The notes beneath the pieces were generated by a model. The model was not told the origin of the DNA. It did not search any database and worked only from the letters and a program-made list of their open reading frames with translations. Positions 10,101 to 18,128 of a stretch of 60,329 nt of DNA are shown piece after piece (the first letter of the stretch is position 1; the number at the start of each line of letters is the position of its first letter). Origin of the DNA: Lentisphaerae bacterium RIFOXYC12_FULL_60_16 (GTDB lineage: Bacteria > Verrucomicrobiota > Kiritimatiellia > UBA8416 > YA12-FULL-60-10). Both the position numbers and the translations under genes were made by a program. The stretch is taken from positions 1 through 60,329 of the forward strand of contig MHBQ01000039.1 of NCBI GenBank assembly GCA_001803315.1. The letters run 5' to 3'.

Positions 10101-11244
10101 GGAGGCCAATACCGTCATCGCCGATCGCGTTATCGGCAAGCCGTATCTTGAAATCCACATTAACCGGGAGTCTGCCGCACGTTACGGGGTTTCGATTGCC
10201 AGCGTGCAGGAGGCCATCGAGGTGGCCGTGGGCGGCAAGCGCATTACGACCACCGTGGAAGGCCGTGAGCGCTACCCGGTGCGTGTCCGGTATCCACGCG
10301 AGTTGCGGGATTCCGTCGAAACATTGCAGCGCATCCTGATTGCAGGCGAGGGCGGCGCACAGGTGCCGCTTGCGCAGGTGGCCGACATTGAGTACGTCCG
10401 CGGTCCGCAGGAGATCAAGAGTGAAGACACCTTCCTGACCGGCTATATTTTGTTCGACAAAAAGCCGGACCGGGCCGAAGTGGACGTGGTTGAGGAATGC
10501 GCCCGCTACCTGAACCACAAGATGGAGACCGGTGAATTCATCCTGCCGCCGAATGTGTCGTTCCGCTTCGCGGGGAGCTATGAAAATCAACTCCGATCCG
10601 AGAAAAAACTGATGGTTGTATTACCGATGTCGCTTTTCATCATTTTCCTCATCCTCTATCTCCAGTTCCGCGACATTCCGACGGCGATGCTGGTGTTCGT
10701 GGATATCGCGTCCTCATGGATGGCGGGGTTCATTATGCTGTGGCTGTATGCCCAGCCCTGGTTCCTCGATTTTGCTCCGTTCGGCGTGAATCTGCGCGAA
10801 CTGCTGCAGATCCACCCCGTCAACCTCAGCGTGGCGATCTGGGTGGGTTTTCTCGCCCTTTTCGGCATTGCCACCGACGATGGCGTCGTCTTGTCAACCT
10901 ATCTCAATGACTGCTTCGCCGGAACGGAAGTCGGATCCAAACACGATATCCGGGAGCTTACGGTTCAGGGCGCCAGCCGCCGTGTGCGCGCTTGCCTGAT
11001 GACCACCGCCACGACCGTGATTGCCTTTCTGCCAGTGTTCACGTCCACCGGTCGCGGTTCCGACGTCATGCGGCCCATGGCCATCCCGGTCTTCGCCGGC
11101 ATGATGATGGCCATTATCACGCCCATCTTTGTGCCCGTGCTCTATTGCCTGCTGAAGGAAATCAAGTTTGTCCTGCGGCTGCCGGACTGTGTTCTTCGCA
11201 TTGCCGTAGCACGGGAACCGGGGACTGAAGGGCGGGCGTCGTGA
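7132..11244 (+). CDS. cusA: Heavy-metal RND permease, CusA-like
   Basis: PVDAIPDIGENQQIVFTEW, GPDATALG, EFMPPLDEG; Met triad equivalents FMPTT, EMFET, VMLQSG indicate the Cu(I)/Ag(I) type. Confidence 0.95.
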   Translation: MSELPSSPPHPVKNPSLLDRVIRFCLENKLVVVLIVIATMVWGAMVAPFDWDVGGLIRDPVPVDAIPDIGENQQIVFTEWEGRSPQDIENQITYPLTVSLLGIPKVKTIRSRSMFGFSSIFIIFEEDAEFYWTRSRVLEKLSSLPAGVLPEGVQPTLGPDATALGQVFWYTLEGLDEDGIPTGGWGLDELRGIQDWHVRFALLSAEGISEVASVGGYVQEYQIDVDPDALRAHDVTLDDVYRAVKECNLDIGARSIEINKVEYLIRGIGFIKTLADIEEAVLRVRDGAPLQVRHVARVSKGPAFRQGALDKEGAEAVGGVVVVRYGANPLKSIQNVKAEIERIAPGLPRKAIIDFTRTTRTEVEGVAREQGFEAYSGAELNQDAWVKWLRSVPKAQQPDWVKLSQVKIVPFYDRTGLIYETLGTLSSALYLQILVTIIVVLVMVTHLRSSALISAVMPVAVAMCFIFMKVFGVDANIVALSGIAIAIGTVVDMGILVCENILRHLDEATPNENRLETIYRAASEEGSAVLTAVCTTVVSFMAVFALEGAEGKLFKPLAFTYIFVLASSLVVALTIVPALAHVLIVGKGAPPRRGMPGRLKTLGLALLFGTGVALAIVVNRWVGALVAAFAVWQYSSAWIPERILKGMHRSGIWLVVFAVAAWLTTRWLPVGPEKGFIRNFLWMGGAIGSILGIFLGYRKLYPRMLRWCLDHKLLFAVVPAIVYVFGLLAWLGFERLFGWLPEPVKRFAPVSCVLHAFPGLGKEFMPPLDEGSYLFMPTTMPHASIGEALDVLQKQDMAMLGVPEIDSAVGKLGRADTPLDPAPTEMFETVINYKPQFLSDRDGRRLRFKHDPDDTDLFRTPDGAPVAAPDGEPYTVPGRFERDADGRLIPHPRGKPFRLWRPALDPALNPGRVAWEGIREPDDIWNALVKAVELPGTTSAPRLQPIAARIVMLQSGMRAPMGVKVKGPTLEAIEETGFQIEKFLKDVPSVEANTVIADRVIGKPYLEIHINRESAARYGVSIASVQEAIEVAVGGKRITTTVEGRERYPVRVRYPRELRDSVETLQRILIAGEGGAQVPLAQVADIEYVRGPQEIKSEDTFLTGYILFDKKPDRAEVDVVEECARYLNHKMETGEFILPPNVSFRFAGSYENQLRSEKKLMVVLPMSLFIIFLILYLQFRDIPTAMLVFVDIASSWMAGFIMLWLYAQPWFLDFAPFGVNLRELLQIHPVNLSVAIWVGFLALFGIATDDGVVLSTYLNDCFAGTEVGSKHDIRELTVQGASRRVRACLMTTATTVIAFLPVFTSTGRGSDVMRPMAIPVFAGMMMAIITPIFVPVLYCLLKEIKFVLRLPDCVLRIAVAREPGTEGRAS

Positions 11245-11357
11245 ACGCCGTGGCTCGGGGACTTGGACGTCGATGTCGCTTCCCTGGAAGCGCGAAAAGG
11301 GGGGGGACGGGAAACGAGGAGTATATGTGTAGGACGGACGTAAAAGGAGGTGCGAGA

Positions 11358-11696
11358 ATGAGAGCGACGCATTGTGCAAGAGTATGGCTCGTTGCAGGCC
11401 TGTTGGTCTGCGGAACCGCCTTATCGGCGCTGGTCACCGGTTGCGGAACCGTCGGACAATCATCAACGGTCGAGTCCGGTGCTCTCTGCCCGACCTGTAA
11501 CCGGAAAGTCGCCCGGTTCCACCCGAAGCGGGGGACGACATACCGGAAAGTGGCCTGCCCGTCGTGCGGTACGGTCAGAGTACTCGACACGCAAGTGGGT
11601 ACGGACGAACTCGTCCATATGTGTGAGCGTTGCGGACAGCTTGTCGACAAGTGCCCGGAGTGCAGAAAACAGGCTGACCCATTAAAGCAACCGTAA
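11358..11696 (+). CDS. Lipoprotein with four CxxC motifs (double zinc-ribbon-like)
   Basis: SD AAAGGAGG; lipobox VTGC; CPTC, CPSC, CERC, CPEC. Confidence 0.7.
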   Translation: MRATHCARVWLVAGLLVCGTALSALVTGCGTVGQSSTVESGALCPTCNRKVARFHPKRGTTYRKVACPSCGTVRVLDTQVGTDELVHMCERCGQLVDKCPECRKQADPLKQP

Positions 11697-11712
11697 GCGG
11701 AGATAAACGAGG

Positions 11713-12474
11713 ATGCCGGACGCGCAAGAACATACATACGATCCCCTGCGCGCCCTGATTGCGCGATGGAAGGACGATCCGAATTCGACGTACCGCATCT
11801 GGTTTCTGTGGGAAGACCGCCTCAAGAACTTCCGGTCGATTCGCAGCGGCATCGCGCAAGTCGTCGCGGAGATCGAAACGGATACGTTCGGGAATGTGTA
11901 CAAACACTCGTCCCTGGAAACGGTGGTGGGCTCCATTGCCGAGCAACGGCAGATTTTCAAGGGTGCCGATCACACCCATTCGTAGGTACAGGGATGGCTC
12001 CGCGATTTGGGACGGGCGCTGGGCTTCCACGTATGGATTGCCGCTAATGATCGTGGCCGGGCCTATGGCGAAGGGCGATTGAGTGATGGCTGCCTCGACG
12101 CGTTGCCCGGGGCACTGACCGACGCGCCGGGCGGGGAGGCCGTGCGACTGATTGATGTGCTGTGGATCGAAAACGGCACGGGGCGCGTGAGCGGTGCGTT
12201 TGAGGTTGAGCATACCACCTCGATCTATTCCGGCATCGTGCGTCTGCTCGATCTGGCGCAGGGCGCCGCCGATTCGGCCCGGGGACTTTTCCTGGTCGCG
12301 CCCGATGACCGCGAGGCGCAGGTTCGCGCGCAACTGGCGAGGCCCGCGTTCAGCCGGATCGGCGATCTGCGCGTTCGTTTCCTGCCGTATGGCGAACTGG
12401 CCACACATCGCGAGGCCATGGCGCGATTCGGACAGGGAATGAAAGCTGTTGAGGCGGTGGCCCGCCGACTGTAA
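11713..12474 (+). pseudogene. Putative type II restriction endonuclease (PD-(D/E)xK), in-frame TAG and probable internal deletion
   Basis: ORFs 11713-11985 and 12007-12474 share a frame across TAG 11983-11985 (THS*VQGWLRDLG); IDVLW...AFEVEHTTSIYSG nuclease motif. Confidence 0.7.
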
Positions 12475-12509
12475 CCCATGCAGGAGACGGTGAACCGCGA
12501 AACGATAAA

Positions 12510-12719
12510 ACGATCCTTGCCTTGCTTCCCCTCCTGACGTCTGTAGGCCGTGGTGCGGACGTGATGAAGCCGATGGCGATTCCCTCAGTCGGTGGGATGG
12601 CGGTGAGTCTGATCACACTGTTCATCGTGCCGCGCGTGTTTTGTGCCGTGGAGGAATGGAAGTGGAAACGGGCGCATCAAACGGTTTCGGAGCCGCTCCG
12701 TGGAATGACTGACCGCTGA
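12510..12719 (+). pseudogene. Orphan 3' fragment of a second cusA-like gene
   Basis: TILALLPLLTSVGRGADVMKPMAIPSVGGM aligns with TVIAFLPVFTSTGRGSDVMRPMAIPVFAGM in the intact CusA C-terminus. Confidence 0.85.
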
Positions 12720-12735
12720 CCGGAATGGCGCTTAC

Positions 12736-12942
12736 TTAAGCACTTCCTTCGAACACGGCTCGCCGGACAATGCTTGTAACATGTCTTTGTAATCTTCGTT
12801 CAACATGATGGCGGTTGCTCAAGGATGTGACTTCCCGGGTAAGTGACCAGACCAGGTTGATCCGGTCGGCCGGAGAACCGGGAACAAAATCATCATTTCG
12901 CTTGTCAGACATCCGATGCCGTTCGGTGATGTTCCGATTCAT
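12736..12942 (-). CDS. Small hypothetical protein
   Basis: 68 aa, lower GC; ERRLQRHVT tail resembles small proteins usually paired with nucleotidyltransferases, but no partner is present. Confidence 0.45.
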   Translation of the reverse strand: MNRNITERHRMSDKRNDDFVPGSPADRINLVWSLTREVTSLSNRHHVERRLQRHVTSIVRRAVFEGSA

Positions 12943-13011
12943 GTAAGTATGTTAACATTGTATAGGCGGCATATCAATCAGATAGCATCGAATCACCTTA
13001 CGCCATGGAGA

Positions 13012-13677
13012 CTAACCTGGCGAACGGGTGAAGGTGACGATGCCGGGACCGACGCAGTCGACGGGCTTGCCGGGGATGGTGCGCAGGGCGGAAGGTGACG
13101 GGATGCCGTAACCGGTCTGTCCGGCGGGGAGGAGTTTCATTAAGGCATGCAGTTCTTCCCAGTCATCGGCTTCGGCATGGGTGTCGCAATAAACCGGGGC
13201 AATGCCGAGACAGGGGAAAAGTTCGGCGGTGGAGTCGTCCTGATGGTCCCGCCACCGGACCCAGCCTTTGGCCAGCATGATGCTGCCGGCCGACAATCCG
13301 ATGAATGCTTTTCCGGCAGCATGCAAACCGAGCAGAAACGCGATGAGATCATGGTTTGCCAGCACGGCCATGCCGGCCTCCACGTCGCCGCCGCTGACGA
13401 AAATGACATCGGCGCTTTTCAGCAGGGTTTCTGTGGTTTCGATCCGAACCCGTTTACCCACAGTCGGGGCAAGCGTGACTGCTCCGGCCCCGGCAGCCTG
13501 TAGCAGGTCCGCCATGCGTTTGAAGAAACCCGGATCGTCTTCGCTGGCGGAACCCAGGTAGGCAACCGAGGGGGAGTCCTGTCCGCTGTCGGACAAGGCC
13601 CGGGCCAGCAATTCAACCAGGTGTTTCCGGCTGGATCCCGGTCCGCCCGCCAACAGCCATGTGGGGTTACGTTTCAT
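13012..13677 (-). CDS. Peptidase E / S51 family (class I glutamine amidotransferase-like fold)
   Basis: DVIFVSGGD, nucleophile elbow GLSAGS, DTHAE. Confidence 0.85.
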   Translation of the reverse strand: MKRNPTWLLAGGPGSSRKHLVELLARALSDSGQDSPSVAYLGSASEDDPGFFKRMADLLQAAGAGAVTLAPTVGKRVRIETTETLLKSADVIFVSGGDVEAGMAVLANHDLIAFLLGLHAAGKAFIGLSAGSIMLAKGWVRWRDHQDDSTAELFPCLGIAPVYCDTHAEADDWEELHALMKLLPAGQTGYGIPSPSALRTIPGKPVDCVGPGIVTFTRSPG

Positions 13678-13752
13678 GTGGTTTCTTGCGAACGTGCCTG
13701 AGTGAGCAACATGGTGCATTGTTGGCCGATCATCCGGTGCCCGGAATCTTGA

Positions 13753-13816
13753 AAAATTCAGGGACAAACAAAATATTTGCAGAAATTTGTGGAAATTGCA
13801 CCTGCTGTTTCCTTTG
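13753..13816. repeat. Dispersed intergenic element, copy 1
   Basis: AAATATTTGCAGAAATTTGTGGAAATTGCACCTGCTGTTTCCTTTG, near-identical to the copy at about 25345-25390. Confidence 0.75.
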
Positions 13817-13959
13817 TGATACTACCACTGCATGTCACGGATCATCGAACGACGCTTCGTGCTGGTGCCCTTGGATTCCCTTGACGTCGCCAGGTCGTTC
13901 CCTGATTCTTAAAGCCGATGGTGCAAGCGAGAACAAAAAGCGCAGGAGAATTTCCCGTC

Positions 13960-16900
13960 ATGCAATCATCATTTCACCGACGAATCGGCGTGGTTCTTGG
14001 CCTTTGTCTACTTGGTGTGGCTATCGGGGGTCTGGCTGAAACGGGAAGGGCAGTAAGCTGGTGGAAGGCCGCGGACGGGAATCCGTCCCCGGAACTTGGC
14101 AGGATCCTGGGCGGAGATCTCGCTTCCTGGACCTTGGAGAACAGCCGCCGGCAACGGGTGTCAGGAACCGTAACGAACATCCTGGGCTGTCCGGCTCTCG
14201 TGGGGGACGCGAATGGCCTCCGATTGACACGACACACAGGGTACCCGGCAGGGACCGAGGTGGCGATCCGGTTCCAGTTTCATCCCAAGCTCCAGGAAAC
14301 CGTCTATTTTCGTCTTGCACTGGCGGTGCAGGATCCGTCCAGTGTCAACGAGCGGACGATCTTCTTTTCCTGTTCCATCCGCGGGGGGGCCGGGAACGCC
14401 CTTCAGTGCACGATCTCAGACCCGGTTATGGTCACGAGCGCCCCTCCCCAGGTTGTCCAGGCGGTACGACTGAACGAGATTTCCGAACGTAACCTTGGCT
14501 GGCCTGAACAACTCAGGAAGGAAATTGAACATGAATCCGCTTCCGTGCCTGCGTTGGAAGACCGCTGGTTTACCGTTCGCGCCCAGTTGAGAGAAGGTGG
14601 ATATCGTATCTACCTCGATGATCGTATCCTTCTTGACCGACAAGCTAAAGGCCTGGCGACCCGAGGAATGCTCCGTGTGGATACAACCGCGCATACAGCC
14701 ATCGGAGGATTCTCGGCGCGTTCCCTGGTGGATATCAGCCCCCTTTATGAACCGGTTCGATTGGACGGGTATGTGAATGCGGGAGCGCTGAACGGAGCGC
14801 CCGTGGACCACGCGGAATTACCGCCTGCCGGGGTTCCTGTGCCGGTGGATGGGGTTCCGTTTATCTTTGCCGAACCGGATGCACAATCGCGTGATCATCT
14901 GGATGTGGGGACAAGCTGGTTCCAGGGGGGATACCTGGAGGGACATCTCTACTCGCATAACGGCCCGTTCGGTGGCCGGTGGCCCGATGTGACGAGTGTG
15001 AATCCAGCCAGACTTCGGGTCAACCTTCCGTTTCGGCGATATCGGGCCATCCATCTTGTGGCTGCGGCTGACAATGAGCCAAACAGTGTGCCTGACGTGA
15101 CATTCCAATTCTACCGGCCACAGGCCGGGGCCCCGGTGAACGTGCCGGGTAAGGTCCCGGCATTTGACGGCAAGGCTTCCGGCACGACGGATCTTCCCGT
15201 ACGGTTAAAGGGGGGTCGCAAGGGAAACCTTCACCATGTCACGATCCCGATCGATCCCGGGGTGCTGGCGGACTTTGATGACCTGAAGACCCTGTCCGTG
15301 GAGATTACCAAAGCGGTCCGCCTGTTCCGTGGATATCCTGATCCTGCATTTTACAGTTACCATGCCGCCGGTTTGCCGAGCAGTGTGCATGTTTACGCGA
15401 TGACCTTTGAATCGGCTCCTGTCCAGATGGTGGTTGCCCCGGACACGATTGCACATGTATGGACGGCTCCCGCACAGCCGTCCTACACGATCGTACTGAG
15501 CAATCTGACCGCAAAACCGCGTCCGGTCAGCATCACCCTGTCGACCCGGAGCTATGACGGGGATGAAACGACGAAACAGGTGAAGGCAATCAGTGTGCCC
15601 GCGTCTGGAGGCACATCCTTCAAAATTCCGATTCCTTTGAAGCGATTTGGATATCACGAGGTAACCGTGGTCATGGATGATGCCGGTTCGTTGTGGACTG
15701 AATCGGTGAGTCTTGCCTACCTCCATCAGGACACCCGTGAACGCGGAAACTGGGAGCCCGGCAAGGGGATCTGTTTTGGTTCCTGGTTATGGGCCGGCGC
15801 ACATGGGACTCCGGGCCCGGAAGAGGAACTCCTGGTCCTGGCGCTCGCCGGTGGAGAGTGCCGGGGGGGCACCTTCCAGACATCGCCCGAGTCCGTCAAG
15901 GAGATCGCCCGCAAGTACGGCATGATCTCGCTCAAACAATTTGCGGGACAGGACCACTATGTGACTGCAGCACTGGCAGGAAACCTGACCAAGACCACCG
16001 AGACGGCTGCGGTGGAAATGTTCGTGAAGGCCCTTCGTGAAATCGAGACCCTTCCAAGCCCGATCACGCAGACACGATATGTATCGTTCTACCCGGAACC
16101 CCATATCGGTCCTTACACATCAGGGGCGTTGCCCGACTATTTCGGGGAACCGCCGGTTAAGTTGTCCGCCGCCGAGCAGGAACGGTTCGACTATTTCCTT
16201 CGCGGACTCAAGGTGGGGGTCCCGGTGGTTCGAAAGCTCTGGCCGGACGTCAAGATCATGTTCCCGCATGGAGACCCGATGTTCACGGCCCTGTTCCTCC
16301 GGATGAGCAAGGACGTTGCCCCGCTGATCGACGGGATAGCCGTGGATATCCCGGTATTTGAGCGGTTGCCCGAACAGCAGATTCACCAGGTAACATTGCA
16401 CCGTCTCTGGATGTGCAGGGAAGAATTCAGGAAGGCCGGAAAGACGAACATGGTTCTGCCCATCTATGAAGGGCCCTGCCTTCCGACACGGCCGGGCGCC
16501 CTGACCCAGGAAGCATGCGCGAACCAGATGTTGCGGTGTGCACTGATCCTGAGTGCGTACGGAGTCGACCAGTTTCCCGGCGCATGGAGTGTGTTTGAAT
16601 GCAGCGGATATTGGGGTGAACAGCACTACGGTGGCGGACTCATGCACCGGATTCCCCATCAACGGCCAAAACCAGTCTATGCGGCCCATGCCACGATGAC
16701 CCGTCAGTTGAACCGGTGCAATTTCCGGACATGGATACCAACCGGAAGTCTTTCGGCCTACTGCCTGCAGTATCAGCACTACCAACGGACCCAGGACCTT
16801 GTGCATGTGGTGTGGACCATTCGCGGCAGCCGACCGGTTACCCTCTCGCTCCCGGAAGGAAGTCGCCCGGCAGTCTTTGACGCCATGGATAATCCGGTTG

Positions 16901-18090
16901 CCAGTGTTCAAGCCAACGGAACACTCACGTTCACCATTGGGCCGGAACCCCGTTTTGTTCAGGGATTGACCAACGCACCGCAGATTACCCTGGGGCCGGC
17001 ATCACACGACGACGCGGTGCCGTTGCCGGATTCGCGGCGGTTGGTGTCTCTCGGTGACGGAAGCTGGTCAGTGTCCGACAAGCCGGACACTGATTACGCC
17101 GACAGTAACTTCCACCAGATACGACGGTTTCCCGGGAAGATGACGGTGAAACCAGCCGATGCCCCCGTGGCGATGGGGGGCAAAGCGTTGGCCATACACC
17201 TGGAAACGCAGGAGGTGGCCCGTTTTATTATGCCGTACTACACCGCGCTGGTCCCGCGAAAGGCCGTTGAAATTCCCGGTAAGGCCAGTCATCTCGGACT
17301 CTGGGTGCATGCCGACAGTGATTGGGGACGGGTGGTATATTCCCTGCGTGATGCAAAGGGAGAACGGTGGATCAGTGTCGGGACCCGGGATGAATGGAAT
17401 GCCGACGATATCCATAACTGGAGTGTCTTCTGTTTTGACGGCTGGCGTTATCTCCGGTTCGAGTTGCCTGCCAACAGTCCATACGACACCTTCAGGGAAC
17501 ACGGCAGTACCTGGTGGGGCCACTACGGCCCCGGGGACGGGATCGTGGATCTTCCGCTGCGTATCGAAAAGGTGTTTGTGGAACGGCGGACCCATGCCTT
17601 GTATGTGAATGACCCTCAACCGACCCGGCTGGACGATGTTCTTCTGGGCGATCTCTACGCCGAGTATGAGTATCCAGCCGATGAGGATCCGGAAACGGTG
17701 AGGTTATCCCGTCTGCGCATGCCGGTGCCCAAGGGGATACCCGAACTCGGGAATCCTGTCAGGGATCTTGAGGCCGCGGGGGTGGGGCCGGCAATCCGGA
17801 TACAGAAGACGACGCTTCCCGAGCAGGAGGCAGACGGGACGCGTTGTTACGTTCACTTCGATCCGGTTCCGGATGCCACCGGGTACGATATCTGGGTGAG
17901 CCCGTATGCGAGTGGTCAGGGTGCGCTTAAACTCGGGAAAGGCTGGAAGGCCTCCGGCCAGATGTTGCGGGGGCTCCGGCAGGGCACCGATTTCTTCCTG
18001 TTCCTTGTCTATACCGACAAAGACGGGAAACCCTCGAAACCGTCACCGGCATACAAGATCCACCTGAAAGACCTTTTTGCGATGAAATAG
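13960..18090 (+). CDS. Large secreted hypothetical protein, possibly a multi-domain glycoside hydrolase
   Basis: 1376-aa ORF with signal peptide; beta-rich ends; central YPEPH and IYEGP could be clan-A-like glutamates (weak). Confidence 0.6.
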   Translation: MQSSFHRRIGVVLGLCLLGVAIGGLAETGRAVSWWKAADGNPSPELGRILGGDLASWTLENSRRQRVSGTVTNILGCPALVGDANGLRLTRHTGYPAGTEVAIRFQFHPKLQETVYFRLALAVQDPSSVNERTIFFSCSIRGGAGNALQCTISDPVMVTSAPPQVVQAVRLNEISERNLGWPEQLRKEIEHESASVPALEDRWFTVRAQLREGGYRIYLDDRILLDRQAKGLATRGMLRVDTTAHTAIGGFSARSLVDISPLYEPVRLDGYVNAGALNGAPVDHAELPPAGVPVPVDGVPFIFAEPDAQSRDHLDVGTSWFQGGYLEGHLYSHNGPFGGRWPDVTSVNPARLRVNLPFRRYRAIHLVAAADNEPNSVPDVTFQFYRPQAGAPVNVPGKVPAFDGKASGTTDLPVRLKGGRKGNLHHVTIPIDPGVLADFDDLKTLSVEITKAVRLFRGYPDPAFYSYHAAGLPSSVHVYAMTFESAPVQMVVAPDTIAHVWTAPAQPSYTIVLSNLTAKPRPVSITLSTRSYDGDETTKQVKAISVPASGGTSFKIPIPLKRFGYHEVTVVMDDAGSLWTESVSLAYLHQDTRERGNWEPGKGICFGSWLWAGAHGTPGPEEELLVLALAGGECRGGTFQTSPESVKEIARKYGMISLKQFAGQDHYVTAALAGNLTKTTETAAVEMFVKALREIETLPSPITQTRYVSFYPEPHIGPYTSGALPDYFGEPPVKLSAAEQERFDYFLRGLKVGVPVVRKLWPDVKIMFPHGDPMFTALFLRMSKDVAPLIDGIAVDIPVFERLPEQQIHQVTLHRLWMCREEFRKAGKTNMVLPIYEGPCLPTRPGALTQEACANQMLRCALILSAYGVDQFPGAWSVFECSGYWGEQHYGGGLMHRIPHQRPKPVYAAHATMTRQLNRCNFRTWIPTGSLSAYCLQYQHYQRTQDLVHVVWTIRGSRPVTLSLPEGSRPAVFDAMDNPVASVQANGTLTFTIGPEPRFVQGLTNAPQITLGPASHDDAVPLPDSRRLVSLGDGSWSVSDKPDTDYADSNFHQIRRFPGKMTVKPADAPVAMGGKALAIHLETQEVARFIMPYYTALVPRKAVEIPGKASHLGLWVHADSDWGRVVYSLRDAKGERWISVGTRDEWNADDIHNWSVFCFDGWRYLRFELPANSPYDTFREHGSTWWGHYGPGDGIVDLPLRIEKVFVERRTHALYVNDPQPTRLDDVLLGDLYAEYEYPADEDPETVRLSRLRMPVPKGIPELGNPVRDLEAAGVGPAIRIQKTTLPEQEADGTRCYVHFDPVPDATGYDIWVSPYASGQGALKLGKGWKASGQMLRGLRQGTDFFLFLVYTDKDGKPSKPSPAYKIHLKDLFAMK

Positions 18091-18128
18091 CATTCCGTTG
18101 TCCTTGGATTCTCTGTGCATCAAGACGT

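Noticed and set aside
11983-11985. In-frame TAG as programmed readthrough or pyrrolysine
   Set aside because: TAG is a normal stop elsewhere in the window, no pyl genes are seen, and the region shows other decay.
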